A DNA stretch of 54,120 nt. Source: Minisyncoccota bacterium. Lineage in GTDB: Bacteria > Patescibacteriota > Minisyncoccia > JBAYJV01. Where the stretch lies: assembly GCA_041664925.1 (NCBI GenBank), contig JBAYJV010000001.1, positions 1 through 54,120 on the forward strand, in the 5' to 3' direction. The notes under the pieces are model-generated. The model made no database searches and had not been told where the DNA came from. It saw only the letters and a program-made list of their open reading frames with translations. The translations under genes and the position numbers were made by a program. Below, piece after piece: positions 42,709-52,657 of the stretch (position 1 is its first letter; every line of letters starts with the position of its first letter).

Positions 42709-43695
42709 CTAGATCGTAATTTTTTCTACTTCGATTGTTTCCGTTGTTTTGTAAACGACTTTTAGCAAAAAGAAAATTTTAAGCCACATCCAAGAAAACA
42801 ACCGAATCAATAAAATATAAACAAACATAAAAAGTTTCAAGAAAAGAAAGAAAGCGACCGCCGCTGCTCCAGAAAAAAGCTTCTGCGACCGCATCAAGTT
42901 TTCGCTAACATAATCATGAATAAATTTTTTCATCAAAAAATCGGCGTTTCTTCCTTCCAGTCTAATCCCCATTTTATTTTCAAGATTTTGTCTCATTAGC
43001 AAAATCACTTCCGGACTGTCTATGCCTATATCACCACTTGTAACGGCAAATCGACTCCAAAATTTGTTTTTAGCAATAAGACTCAAAGACTCATCCACGC
43101 TTAATTTTTTATTATATCCAGGCAGTATCCATTTCATACTTTGATGACTCATGCTGATTAAATAATTTTCTAGCCTTGGAACAAAATAATTTATCTGACC
43201 TCGATAGGCAATGCTGATGTAAAAAGAAAAGGCAATGACACATAAAAATATTGTAATTGCCCACCTTAATCCAGCATACCCACTCACTAAAGGACCATCA
43301 ACAGGATGGTGTTTGGTATATTTATAAATTCTTTTTGCCCAGAAATAAAATCCCAAGATCAAAATTAAGAAACCCTCTAACGAAAATAATGAAAATCCAA
43401 AGACAATAGAATAGGGAATATTAATTAAAACAACTAATCCTAAAACTAGATAAAACTTTTTTAAAAAATAAACACTATTAGCAAAACTCGCGAAAAGCAA
43501 GCAAAAAACGACAACTACAAAAAAAGTTGTTGCCAGACTCCTTGTCTCGTCCCCTCCCATAAATACCAGATCATAATTTGCTTTAATTGAGAACCAAAAA
43601 ACAAAAGATAGAAAAAGTCCTAGCAAATAGAAAAACGCAATTTTTAACTTTTTTTGCTGCCTTAAATTTTCTATTAGATTTAACGATTGAAACAT
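42709..43695 (-). CDS. polytopic membrane protein, unknown function
   Basis: 328 aa with at least 7 hydrophobic segments. Confidence 0.6.
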   Translation of the reverse strand: MFQSLNLIENLRQQKKLKIAFFYLLGLFLSFVFWFSIKANYDLVFMGGDETRSLATTFFVVVVFCLLFASFANSVYFLKKFYLVLGLVVLINIPYSIVFGFSLFSLEGFLILILGFYFWAKRIYKYTKHHPVDGPLVSGYAGLRWAITIFLCVIAFSFYISIAYRGQINYFVPRLENYLISMSHQSMKWILPGYNKKLSVDESLSLIAKNKFWSRFAVTSGDIGIDSPEVILLMRQNLENKMGIRLEGRNADFLMKKFIHDYVSENLMRSQKLFSGAAAVAFFLFLKLFMFVYILLIRLFSWMWLKIFFLLKVVYKTTETIEVEKITI

Positions 43696-43719
43696 AATGC
43701 AAAAATTGAAGACAAAAAT

Positions 43720-45087
43720 CTAATCAAGTTCAACTGCATCTCCTTTGTACGGAACCATGGCTTCTATTCCAAGATTATCTCGAACTTGATTCAATAATGC
43801 CAAGGCTGGTCCTTCCTCGCCTTGAATAATAAAAATTTTTCTAATTTTATGAGTATCAAATCTTTCAAGCCATTTCATTAGTCCTTTTTTGTCCGGATGA
43901 GCTGAATATCCGCCAATCGCCCTAATTTTACACATAACCTGAACTGGTTTGTCAAAGATTTTTATTAATTTCTCTCCTTCAAGAATACGCCTTCCCGGAG
44001 AACCCGCTGTCTGATAAGAAATAATCAAAAGCAAACTCTTTGGATCAGAAAGATAGCGCCTTTCGTGGTGAAGAATTCTTCCTCCGTTTGACATTCCTGA
44101 GCCAGCAATAATTACTTTTGGCGGAGGAACATCATTAATCATCCTCGATTCGGCCGGTGTCTCTGTAAATTTTAGACCGGAAAAACTGAATATCTGATCG
44201 CCATGCAAAAGCAAATTTTTAGCTTCGTTATTATAATATCGAGAATATTTTTTATAAATATCAGTTAAGCGGATTGCTAAAGGACTATCTATAAAAATTG
44301 GCACAAACGGAATTCTTTTGTTTTCAACAAGCTCATTAAGTTCAAATAAAAGTTCTTGTGTTCTTTCAAGGGCAAATGCCGGCACCATTAAAACTCCTTT
44401 GTTGGTAATTGTTTCTTCAATCGCATCTTCGAAAAGTTCTTTTCTTAATTCTCTGTCTTCATGGATTCTATCACCATAAGTTGATTCTATTAGAATATAA
44501 TCTGCTCCTTTTATGTATTCTGTTGGTCTCAAAAGAGGTGTTGGCGGATTGCCTAGATCGCCCGAAAAAACAATTGTACGTTTTTTTCTTCCTTCTTTTG
44601 CCGAAACTTTAATAATTGCTGAGCCTAAAACGTGACCAGCGTCGTAAAAACACACTTTTACATTGTCATCTATTTCGGTCTCTTTGTTATACTCTAAGCC
44701 GCTAAACATATTTAGGCATTTTCGAAGATCTTTTTCTTCGTAAAGCATTTCTCCTCCGCTTGATCGATTTTCTTCCTCTAGTAAGCCAAGAGCATCTTCT
44801 AGCATTGGTATCGCTAAATCAGTCGTTGGAATGGTTGAATAAATTTTTCCTTCATAGCCTTCTTTAATCAAGCGTGGCAAAAGCCCAATGTGGTCAATGT
44901 GGGCATGAGTAATAAAAACCGCCTTAATATTTTTTGGATCATAAGGAAAGGCCTGGTAATTTTGTTCGTCAGCAAATTTATTACCCTGGGTCAATCCACA
45001 CTCAAAAAGATATTGATTGCCATTTACTTCAAGAAGGTAATTGGCGCCAGTTACCGATCTTGCTCCCCCGCAAAATGTAAGCTTCAT
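43720..45087 (-). CDS. MBL-fold beta-CASP family hydrolase (RNA/DNA nuclease type)
   Basis: 455 aa with 'HAHIDHIG' (HxHxDH) and later D/H motifs at beta-CASP spacing. Confidence 0.8.
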   Translation of the reverse strand: MKLTFCGGARSVTGANYLLEVNGNQYLFECGLTQGNKFADEQNYQAFPYDPKNIKAVFITHAHIDHIGLLPRLIKEGYEGKIYSTIPTTDLAIPMLEDALGLLEEENRSSGGEMLYEEKDLRKCLNMFSGLEYNKETEIDDNVKVCFYDAGHVLGSAIIKVSAKEGRKKRTIVFSGDLGNPPTPLLRPTEYIKGADYILIESTYGDRIHEDRELRKELFEDAIEETITNKGVLMVPAFALERTQELLFELNELVENKRIPFVPIFIDSPLAIRLTDIYKKYSRYYNNEAKNLLLHGDQIFSFSGLKFTETPAESRMINDVPPPKVIIAGSGMSNGGRILHHERRYLSDPKSLLLIISYQTAGSPGRRILEGEKLIKIFDKPVQVMCKIRAIGGYSAHPDKKGLMKWLERFDTHKIRKIFIIQGEEGPALALLNQVRDNLGIEAMVPYKGDAVELD

Positions 45088-45096
45088 AAATAGATT

Positions 45097-45143
45097 AAAC
45101 TCGAAATTCGAATATCGAAATTCGAAAAAAATTACAAATTCAA
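45097..45143. repeat. 7-nt periodic array
   Basis: tcgaaat|tcgaata|tcgaaat|tcgaaaa|aaattac|aaattca. Confidence 0.6.
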
Positions 45144-45168
45144 TTTTTTAAAATCCTAAGCTGTTTCG

Positions 45169-45188
45169 CCTGCCTGCCGGCAGGCAGG
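45169..45188. repeat. 20-nt perfect palindrome CCTGCCTGCCGGCAGGCAGG (intergenic copy)
   Basis: Identical to the copies at 8328 and 8907. It is embedded in a heptad-like tract inside the larger hairpin AAATCCTAAGC..GCTTCGGATTT, 3' of the phosphomutase gene. Confidence 0.9.
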
Positions 45189-45215
45189 GATTTCTGATTT
45201 CGTGCTTCGGATTTA

Positions 45216-46580
45216 TTAATCAGATTTAATTTCTATTATATTTTTAATCTCTTCTGTTTTTTCTTTTAAAAGTTTTTCGTTCTTCGCTTCTAAATTAAGC
45301 CTTAATAACGGCTCTGTATTCGATGGTCTGACATTAAACCACCAATCATCAAATTCAACCGTAAGTCCGTCAAGTTTATTCTTTTTGCCATCTCTGTAAG
45401 TTTTTTCAAGAATTTTGAGTATCCTTTTTTTATCTTCAACCTCAAAATTAATCTCGCCCGAATGAAAATATTTCTCAAATGGTTCAATAAGTTCCTTAAG
45501 ACTTTTTTTCTGTTCTGTCATAATTTCAAAAACTTTTATCATCGCCAACATAGCTGATTCGCATCCAAAAAAATCCTCAAAGAAATAATGACCTGATGTT
45601 TCGCCAGCAAAAATCGCTTTTTCTTTGCGCATTTGCTCTTTGATTAAAGAATGGCCAACTTTAGAAATTAGCGCTTTGCCCCCCGCCTTCTCAATTGCTT
45701 CTCTGGGGGTCCATAAAGATCGCAGATCGTAGATAACTTTCCCCCCCGGTTTCTCTTTAAGAACTTTTTGAGCAAGAAGAGAAGTTACAAAATCTCCTCG
45801 AATAACTTTTTGATCCTCATCTAAAAAAACTACGCGATCGCCGTCACCATCAAAAGCAACTCCTAAAGTAGCTTTTTCTTTTTTCATAACATCTTTTATT
45901 GCGCCGAGGGTTTCTTCTTTGAAAGGATTGGCTTCGTGGTTAGGAAAAGTGCAGTCGATATCAAAAAAAAGCGGAATATATTCAATATTAAAACGCTTCA
46001 ATAATTCTGGTAACACCAGCGCTGTCATGGCATTTCCCGCATCAACTACGATTTTGCCCTCAAGACAAACCTTTGCTTTCTTTGTTAAAAAATCTATATA
46101 ATAAGGAGTAATTGGCTTGTAATCAATAGCTTCTTTCGATTCTCCCTTATTAAATTTTTCGTTAACGGCATTTTTTTGAATAATTTTTAACCCTGTTTCG
46201 CCACTAATGGGAATTGCTTTGCTTTTGGTCATTTTAAAGCCGTTGTATTCGGCCGGATTATGAGAGGCTGTGATCATCACTCCGCCATTGGTTCCTAGAA
46301 AATTTACTGCCCAATAAAGCATCGGTGTTGTTGCATAACCAATATCAAAAACATCCCCTCCTTGTTTTGTAATTCCTTGGGTCAATGCTTCAAAAATTTT
46401 ATCAGACGATATTCTTCCGTCCCGTCCGACAGCGATTTTTGGTTCATCAATTCCTTCTGTTTTTCGAATAAAATCTAAATATGCACGACCGATGCTATAA
46501 GCAATTTTTTCATTAAGTTCGCTAGGATATATACCACGAATATCGTAGGCTTTAAAAATACCTGGATCGATTTTTAACAT
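45216..46580 (-). CDS. phosphoglucomutase/phosphomannomutase family protein
   Basis: 454 aa with the phosphoserine loop 'TASHNPAEYNGFK' and the Mg loop 'FDGDGDR'. Confidence 0.9.
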   Translation of the reverse strand: MLKIDPGIFKAYDIRGIYPSELNEKIAYSIGRAYLDFIRKTEGIDEPKIAVGRDGRISSDKIFEALTQGITKQGGDVFDIGYATTPMLYWAVNFLGTNGGVMITASHNPAEYNGFKMTKSKAIPISGETGLKIIQKNAVNEKFNKGESKEAIDYKPITPYYIDFLTKKAKVCLEGKIVVDAGNAMTALVLPELLKRFNIEYIPLFFDIDCTFPNHEANPFKEETLGAIKDVMKKEKATLGVAFDGDGDRVVFLDEDQKVIRGDFVTSLLAQKVLKEKPGGKVIYDLRSLWTPREAIEKAGGKALISKVGHSLIKEQMRKEKAIFAGETSGHYFFEDFFGCESAMLAMIKVFEIMTEQKKSLKELIEPFEKYFHSGEINFEVEDKKRILKILEKTYRDGKKNKLDGLTVEFDDWWFNVRPSNTEPLLRLNLEAKNEKLLKEKTEEIKNIIEIKSD

Positions 46581-46672
46581 AAAATTAAATATATAAATAT
46601 TTAGTGTTCTTTTGTATAAATAATACCATTTTGAATACAGTATATCAAACTCGACATAAAGACGTTTTAGGT

Positions 46673-46701
46673 GTTGACTCTTGGTATTTTTTTTGTTAAC
46701 A
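46673..46701 (+). promoter_or_regulatory. sigma70-type promoter of the rpsF operon
   Basis: TTGACT - 17 nt - TAACAT, with a leader of about 55 nt before the rpsF ATG. Confidence 0.55.
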
Positions 46702-46761
46702 TTGTAGAAAAGTTATTACGGCCTTTGCCATTAATCGGTGATACGATATGTTTTTCTATTT

Positions 46762-47373
46762 ATGAAAATTTACGAACTTAATCTCCATCTATCAACCAAG
46801 CTCGATGAAAAAGATCGAGACGCTATTTGGGAAAAAATTAAAAAAATCATTGATACAGAAAAAGGAGAAATTCTTGAACACAGTCCATCTAGACAAATCG
46901 AACTAGCCTATCCTATAAAAAAAGAAATTTATAGTTTTTATGGTCACCTGTTTTTTAAAGCTCTTCCAGAAACAATCCTCACTCTTGGAGATCTTTTGCT
47001 TCACGAAAAAACTATTCTTAGATATCTAATTTTTACTCATAAATCAATTTCTAAAAAACCAGTTTCCACAAGAATGTCGCGCAGAAGAGAGAGAGTCGGC
47101 GAAGAAAAGAAAGAGGAATCTAGGGGAGTTGCCAGCGAAATAGTGGAAGCTGAAACAAAACCAGTTAATATTAAAACAGAAAAACCTATTGCTGAGAAAA
47201 AAAGACCAGTAACAAAGAAAAAGATTGTTAAAAAAGTTAAAAAAGAAACTGTGGTAGAAAAAGAGGAAAAAACAGTTAAAGCAATTGAGAAAGAAAAGCC
47301 AAAAAAAGAGCCAAAATTCAAGTTAGAAGATATAGACAAGTCATTAGAAAAACTTTTAGAAAAAGAACTCTAA
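46762..47373 (+). CDS. rpsF: 30S ribosomal protein S6 with long Lys/Glu-rich C-terminal extension
   Basis: 'MKIYELNLHL...RQIELAYPIKK' is S6-like. I start at the ATG at 46762 rather than the ORF-track GTG at 46738. About 100 extra K/E-rich residues follow. Confidence 0.8.
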   Translation: MKIYELNLHLSTKLDEKDRDAIWEKIKKIIDTEKGEILEHSPSRQIELAYPIKKEIYSFYGHLFFKALPETILTLGDLLLHEKTILRYLIFTHKSISKKPVSTRMSRRRERVGEEKKEESRGVASEIVEAETKPVNIKTEKPIAEKKRPVTKKKIVKKVKKETVVEKEEKTVKAIEKEKPKKEPKFKLEDIDKSLEKLLEKEL

Positions 47374-47463
47374 TAACGCCGATAAACGCTGATAAGAGAC
47401 GCAGATAAACGCTGAGGTATCAGCGTAGATCGGCGTAAGTATCAGCGCCAATCAGCGATTCGT

Positions 47464-47913
47464 ATGAATCTTAATAAGGTCTTTATTCTCGGCCGACTCA
47501 CTAATGATCCAGAGGTCAGGAGTCTGCCTTCGGGTCAAGCTGTTTCAAGTTTTAGTCTCGCCACCAATAGAGTGTGGAATGATAAAGATGGCAATAAGCA
47601 AGAAGCAAGCGAATTTCATAACATTGTTCTCTTTGGCAGACTTGCTGATGTGGCTAATCAATATCTGAATAAAGGAAAAACCTGTCTCATTGTCGGACGC
47701 ATTCAAAATCGATCTTGGGACGGTAAAGATGGTCAAAAGCACTATCGTACGGAAATTGTTGGCGAAGAACTTCAATTAGGACCAAAAACATCGTCTGAAT
47801 CAGGTAGTTCATCTATGAGTGGTAGCTACAAGAAGCCAGTTAAAAAAGAAGAAAAAGAAGAGGTTGAAGCAGAAGATGAGGGAGAAGTCGACGTAGAGGA
47901 TATCCCATTTTAA
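47464..47913 (+). CDS. ssb: single-stranded DNA-binding protein
   Basis: 149 aa with an OB fold ('NKVFILGRLTNDPE', 'FHNIVLFGRLA') and an acidic tail ending 'EDIPF'. Confidence 0.9.
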   Translation: MNLNKVFILGRLTNDPEVRSLPSGQAVSSFSLATNRVWNDKDGNKQEASEFHNIVLFGRLADVANQYLNKGKTCLIVGRIQNRSWDGKDGQKHYRTEIVGEELQLGPKTSSESGSSSMSGSYKKPVKKEEKEEVEAEDEGEVDVEDIPF

Positions 47914-47956
47914 AAGTAAATTAAAGAATTATCCATTCGTTTAGAATATTAAAATT

Positions 47957-48157
47957 ATGAGAAATTGTTTTTTTTGTCAAAAAGGAATAAAAGAAATCCA
48001 TCATGGCGAAATTGAAACCCTGAAAAAGTATTTAACTCCATTGGGGAAAATTTTATCTCGCAAAAGAAGCGGATTGTGTGCAAAACACCAAAGACAGTTA
48101 GCGCGATCTGTTAAAAGAGCTCGTGTCCTTGGATTAATCCCTTTTACAAATAGATAA
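47957..48157 (+). CDS. rpsR: 30S ribosomal protein S18
   Basis: 66 aa with 'GKILSRKRSGLCAKHQRQLARSVKRARVLGLIPF'. Confidence 0.9.
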   Translation: MRNCFFCQKGIKEIHHGEIETLKKYLTPLGKILSRKRSGLCAKHQRQLARSVKRARVLGLIPFTNR

Positions 48158-48191
48158 AATATATTAGTTGTTATTTCGGATATTTTTCTTT

Positions 48192-48225
48192 AATCCCGCC
48201 ACTACTAAATGGTGGGATTTTGTAT
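48192..48225 (+). terminator. rho-independent terminator
   Basis: AATCCCGCCA-8 nt-TGGTGGGATT + TTGT. Confidence 0.65.
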
Positions 48226-48233
48226 CCTTAAAA

Positions 48234-48262
48234 TAAAAAAATAGGGAGCAGTTTGCTCCCTA
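48234..48262 (-). terminator. rho-independent terminator
   Basis: Minus strand TAGGGAGCA-aac-TGCTCCCTA + TTTTTTT. Confidence 0.75.
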
Positions 48263-48273
48263 CCGAAACTTCA

Positions 48274-48792
48274 CTAAAGAGAAAAAGTTTGTGCAATACT
48301 TCCTCTAGGTATGTGAAACTCGTAACGATCTGATCCACAGATAAAAGGCTTGAGCATAAGACAATTGAATGGAAAAGGAGCCGCAGGAACTCGAGAATGA
48401 ATCTCAAACACTCCATTTGCCCGATTTTCTTCGTAGACAAATGTTCTATCAGTGATTTCAACGCTTTCCATCTGATATATGTTCTCGCCAACGGCTGTAT
48501 AATAGAAGTAACAAGGCTTACTCTCTACAGAACCGCATCCTAAAAATAATGTTCCACTAGTACTCATTCCTCCGTTTCTAAGACTTGTTAATTCAACTTC
48601 TTTAATTGTTTGGTATTTTGTTGGCAGAATATTTGAAAAAACTACTGTCAATAAGAATCCTACAAAAGCGCACATAAACACACCGCAAACAAATTCACCG
48701 ACTATTTCACCTATACGCTTACAGTGATTCTTAAAAACTGATATTAATCCTATGAAAAAACCGATTACTCCTCCGGCTATAATAAAGAACAT
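48274..48792 (-). CDS. membrane-anchored orphan protein (GC-richer cassette)
   Basis: 172 aa with two N-terminal TM helices, an AAGGAGG SD, and its own promoter and terminator. Confidence 0.6.
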   Translation of the reverse strand: MFFIIAGGVIGFFIGLISVFKNHCKRIGEIVGEFVCGVFMCAFVGFLLTVVFSNILPTKYQTIKEVELTSLRNGGMSTSGTLFLGCGSVESKPCYFYYTAVGENIYQMESVEITDRTFVYEENRANGVFEIHSRVPAAPFPFNCLMLKPFICGSDRYEFHIPRGSIAQTFSL

Positions 48793-48815
48793 TTTTCCTC
48801 CTTTTGATGCATATT

Positions 48816-48843
48816 ATTTATATCATATATACATTGAAAATCA
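48816..48843 (-). promoter_or_regulatory. sigma70-type promoter
   Basis: Minus strand TTGATT - 16 nt - TATAAA. Confidence 0.5.
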
Positions 48844-48853
48844 ATACTAATAC

Positions 48854-48876
48854 ACAAAAAAAGAGTCTTTCGGCTC
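48854..48876 (-). terminator. terminator hairpin 3' of recA
   Basis: AGAGCC-gaaa-GACTCT on the minus strand, flanked by T-runs. Confidence 0.5.
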
Positions 48877-48908
48877 TTTTTTATTTATCTCTGAAAATTT
48901 CTATATTA

Positions 48909-48939
48909 TTCTAAATTCCAACTTCTAGCTTCTATATTC
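48909..48939. repeat. 7-nt periodic array
   Basis: ttctaaa|ttccaac|ttctagc|ttctata|ttc abuts the recA stop codon. Confidence 0.65.
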
Positions 48940-49990
48940 ATTCTTTCTTAACCTCAATCGCTGCGTAAACTTGTTTTTCGATTTCTTTAACTATTTTTGG
49001 ATTTTCTTTGAGAAAGTCGCGCGATGCTTCAACTCCTTGCCCGATTTTTTCACCATTAAAACTCAGCCAAGCGCCAGCTTTTTTTACAATATCATACTTG
49101 ATTCCTGTATAAATCAAATCTCCTAAACGAGAAATACCTTCGTTATATAGAATGTCGAATTCCGCAACTTTAAACGGCGGAGCAACTTTATTTTTTACTA
49201 CCTTTGCCTTTACTCTTGTCCCAATTACATCTTCGCCCTTCTTAAGTTGAGCTGCTTTTCTTACTTCTATTCTAACTGATGAATAAAATTTAAGCGCTTT
49301 TCCTCCTGGAGTCGTTTCGGGATTACCAAACATTACACCAATTTTCATGCGAATTTGATTGATAAAAATGACCGTTGTGCCACTCTTCGATGAAATCGCT
49401 GTTAGCTTGCGAAGCGCATGAGACATTAATCTCGCTTGCAGACCGATTTGCATATCCTCCATTCTTCCTTCAATTTCTGCTTGAGGCGTTAATGCCGCAA
49501 CCGAATCAATAACAATTAAAGGAATTGCTCCTGAACGAACCATTGTTTCAACAATATTTAAAGCTTGTTCTCCCGTATCAGGTTGAGAAATTAAGAGATC
49601 GTCAACTTTTACGCCAATTTTTTTAGCATATTCAGGATCAAGAGCATGCTCGGCATCTATATAAGCAACAACTCCGCCTTTTTTTTGAGCTTCAGCAACA
49701 ATGTGAAGCGCCAAAGTCGTTTTACCAGAAGATTCTGGACCATAAATTTCAATAATTCTTCCCTTTGGTATTCCTCCAACCCCCAGTGCTATATCTAAAG
49801 AAATTGAGCCAGTAGAAATACTGTCAATATCAACCTTTTGTGCTTCTCCTAGTTTCATGATCGATCCTTCTCCATATTTTTCCTTAATCTCGTCTAAAAT
49901 ACTTCTTATTGTCGCATCCATTCCCTTAGATGTGTCGATTTTTGCCTGTTGTTCGACTTTTCTTTTTGAAGCCATAGCTTTTAAATACAC
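48938..49990 (-). CDS. recA: recombinase RecA
   Basis: 'GSIMKLGE', '[38 protein letters not shown]' and '[11 protein letters not shown]'. The likely start is the ATG at 49975 (MASKRK). Confidence 0.95.
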   Translation of the reverse strand: MYLKAMASKRKVEQQAKIDTSKGMDATIRSILDEIKEKYGEGSIMKLGEAQKVDIDSISTGSISLDIALGVGGIPKGRIIEIYGPESSGKTTLALHIVAEAQKKGGVVAYIDAEHALDPEYAKKIGVKVDDLLISQPDTGEQALNIVETMVRSGAIPLIVIDSVAALTPQAEIEGRMEDMQIGLQARLMSHALRKLTAISSKSGTTVIFINQIRMKIGVMFGNPETTPGGKALKFYSSVRIEVRKAAQLKKGEDVIGTRVKAKVVKNKVAPPFKVAEFDILYNEGISRLGDLIYTGIKYDIVKKAGAWLSFNGEKIGQGVEASRDFLKENPKIVKEIEKQVYAAIEVKKE

Positions 49991-49993
49991 AGT

Positions 49994-50347
49994 TTATTTA
50001 CTAATTTTTAAAATTTTGAAGCTTTCTGTAGTTTTTTTGCCAAATCTTGATTCTGCTTCGATGTTTAAAATATTAAGTTCCTGTCTGAGTAAAATCTTTT
50101 TTTCAAAATTCCCTTTACTATCAAAAGGAATGGGCTCGTCATTGATCTTCAAGAAATATGTGCGCCTCACCAGTCCCCTGACAACCAAATCTTCTGATGA
50201 AGTTTTAAATTCCTTTTTGTCTGGCTGACTAACTATAATTTTTGGAGGAAGCGTAACGCTCAAAAATTGAATCAGTAGATAAGTCACCACAAATATTCCT
50301 AGAATTGCCCAAAAAAGATTACTTAAAAAATATCTCTTAGAGTTCAT
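49994..50347 (-). CDS. membrane-anchored small beta-domain protein
   Basis: 117 aa with an N-terminal TM. It overlaps the ftsK stop by 11 nt. Confidence 0.55.
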   Translation of the reverse strand: MNSKRYFLSNLFWAILGIFVVTYLLIQFLSVTLPPKIIVSQPDKKEFKTSSEDLVVRGLVRRTYFLKINDEPIPFDSKGNFEKKILLRQELNILNIEAESRFGKKTTESFKILKISK

Positions 50348-52529
50348 TTTTTTCTCTTCTTTGGATTACTTCTCGCGCCTTTGATCCTTTTGCCGGTCCG
50401 ATCGTGCCATCAGCTTCAAGCATATCTAAAATGCGAGCTGCTCTTGCATAACCAACACGAAGCCTGCGTTGAAGAAGTGAAGCTGAGGCTTTTTTTGATT
50501 CAATAATAACCTTTTTCGCCTCTGCAAAAAGCTCATCTTCAAACTCGTAATTTTTAAATTCATCTATTTTAGTTTTTTCTTCTTCCCTGCCAAGCGCTAA
50601 ATCTAGAATCGTATCTTCTTCGTATTTCTGATTTTTAATAAAGTCAACAACTTTTTTAACCTCTCTTTCTAAAATAAATGCGCCTTGAATTCTTTTTGGC
50701 TTAGAACTATCGCTTGTCAAATAAAGCATGTCTCCGTTTCCTAAAAGTTTTTCAGCGCCTGCCATATCAAGAATTGTTCGTGAATCGACCTGAGAGGCGA
50801 CCTGAAAAGCCATTCGATTAGTGATATTCGCTTTGATTAACCCCGTAATAACTTCGACAGACGGTCTTTGAGTTGAAAGAATAAGATGAATACCAACAGC
50901 ACGCGCCATTTGAGCAAGTCTCACGACTGCTGCCTCCATCTCTCTCCCATAACTCATCATAATATCAGCTAACTCATCAATGACAATAACGATGTATGGT
51001 AATTGTCTATGTTTGTTTTCATTTGATTCTTTTTCCTGTCTGGTAAGTTTTGAAACTCTTTCGTTGTACGATAAAATATCGCGCGTACCTAAATCAGACA
51101 AAAGTTCGTAGCGTCTTTCCATTTCGGTTAGCGACCACTTGAGTGAATTGATGGCTTTTTGAGCTTCAACAATTACTGGTGTTAAAAGATGAGGAATGCC
51201 ATTGTAAGCTGTCAATTCAACTCTTTTCGGATCAACTAGAATTAAACGGAGAGTCCTAGGACTATTCTGATACAAAAACGCTGTCAATATATTATGAATC
51301 GCAACGCTTTTTCCTGATCCAGTCGCTCCAGCAACTAAAAGATGGGGCATTTTTGCTAAATTTGTATAAACCGCTTCACCGGCAACATTCCTTCCGATGG
51401 GAAGCGTTAAATAGTTTTTTTCTTTCTGATAGCCTTTTTCCTCAAGAAGATTTCTTAATTTAACTATGTGTTTTGATTTATTTGGCACTTCAACCCCAAC
51501 CCATGATTTTCCAGGAATCGGTGCTTCAATTCTCAGAGGATGGGCCGCCAACGCCAAAGACATATCATTTTGAAGAGCAACGATTTGAGAAAGCTTAATG
51601 CCTTTTGATGGTTTTAGGGTATATTGAGTGACTGTCGGACCAACGCTTACTTCTCCGGTGGTCACAGGAATATCAAAGTTTTCTAGGGTATTTTTAATAA
51701 TTTCGATATTCTGATTGATCTCTGGTTTTTGAACGCCTTCTTTATCTAAAAGCTCGAGACTCAAAAGGTCAAGGGTCGGGAAAATATACCCTTCTTCTTT
51801 CATATCAATTGCCACTGTTTTGACCTCAGCGCTTTCTTTGTTTTCTTTTTTGTTTTCGCTTAAGCCCCTAAGCCTAAAAATTGGATGGCGTAATATTCTT
51901 GTCTCCTGTTTTTTTTCGGCAAATTTTCCAAAAATTGATTCTTTTTTTTCATCAAGTCCCAGTTCTGGCTGTCTTTGTTGGTCTTTTTGTTCCCCATCCT
52001 GAGTCTCCTCTTCTTTGTCTTTCTTAAATAAAAATCCAAATGATAAATTAAGCGCAAGAACGGAAGAAACAAGGAAAAATGCCACCAAAATAATTGTTGC
52101 GCCGATTTTATCTAAATACCTAACAGCTAGTCCTCCCAGGGCATTTCCCAAAGCACCGCCAGAATGAAATAGCGCCCCAGCTAGACTCGAGAAAGAAAAA
52201 ATCAAAAGAAACATGCCTAATAATGTTACCCAAAGAGGTTTCTTAAAACGCCTTATAATCGAAAAAGCTCCAATAAAGAAAAAGAGAGGAATAGAAAATT
52301 TCCCCACACCCAAAAGCCAACCGACGCCTTGGATAAGTCGTGTGCCAACAACTCCAGCTTTTCCAAAAAAAGCAACAAGACTCAAAAGCGCTAGAGCGAA
52401 AAGAATAATAACAACAATAGCATTTTTTGCTTTTCGGCCTATAGCTTTATCCTTTTTCTTTTTTTCTTCAGGCTTGCCTTGATCTCTGTCTTTTTTAAAA
52501 TTCTCTTTATTTTTTTTCTTCCAAGACAT
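50337..52529 (-). CDS. ftsK: DNA translocase FtsK/SpoIIIE
   Basis: 730 aa with N-terminal TM helices, Walker A 'GATGSGKSV', Walker B 'VVIDELADIMM', and gamma-domain 'ASASLLQRRLRVGYARAARILDMLE'. Confidence 0.95.
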   Translation of the reverse strand: MSWKKKNKENFKKDRDQGKPEEKKKKDKAIGRKAKNAIVVIILFALALLSLVAFFGKAGVVGTRLIQGVGWLLGVGKFSIPLFFFIGAFSIIRRFKKPLWVTLLGMFLLIFSFSSLAGALFHSGGALGNALGGLAVRYLDKIGATIILVAFFLVSSVLALNLSFGFLFKKDKEEETQDGEQKDQQRQPELGLDEKKESIFGKFAEKKQETRILRHPIFRLRGLSENKKENKESAEVKTVAIDMKEEGYIFPTLDLLSLELLDKEGVQKPEINQNIEIIKNTLENFDIPVTTGEVSVGPTVTQYTLKPSKGIKLSQIVALQNDMSLALAAHPLRIEAPIPGKSWVGVEVPNKSKHIVKLRNLLEEKGYQKEKNYLTLPIGRNVAGEAVYTNLAKMPHLLVAGATGSGKSVAIHNILTAFLYQNSPRTLRLILVDPKRVELTAYNGIPHLLTPVIVEAQKAINSLKWSLTEMERRYELLSDLGTRDILSYNERVSKLTRQEKESNENKHRQLPYIVIVIDELADIMMSYGREMEAAVVRLAQMARAVGIHLILSTQRPSVEVITGLIKANITNRMAFQVASQVDSRTILDMAGAEKLLGNGDMLYLTSDSSKPKRIQGAFILEREVKKVVDFIKNQKYEEDTILDLALGREEEKTKIDEFKNYEFEDELFAEAKKVIIESKKASASLLQRRLRVGYARAARILDMLEADGTIGPAKGSKAREVIQRREKNEL

Positions 52530-52610
52530 ATTAAAATTTTAATAACTAAAACAACAAAACATAAACAAAACTTTGCGAATTTTTGATTTCTTCCTTATTT
52601 TACCACAATC

Positions 52611-52648
52611 ACAAAAAAACAAAAAGGAGATAAGTTCTGCTTATCTCC
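52611..52648 (-). terminator. rho-independent terminator
   Basis: Minus strand GGAGATAAG-5 nt-CTTATCTCC + TTTTTGTTTTTTT. Confidence 0.75.
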
Positions 52649-52657
52649 TGTCGTATT

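Noticed and set aside
131-52482. Remaining antisense or overlapping ORF-track entries (e.g. 131..475, 1074..1412, 2897..3175, 17227..17499, 17509..17781, 31085..31291, 36628..36940, 47037..47339, 52213..52482)
   Set aside because: Each lies within a longer ORF that has recognisable family motifs or operon context. None has its own initiation signals.
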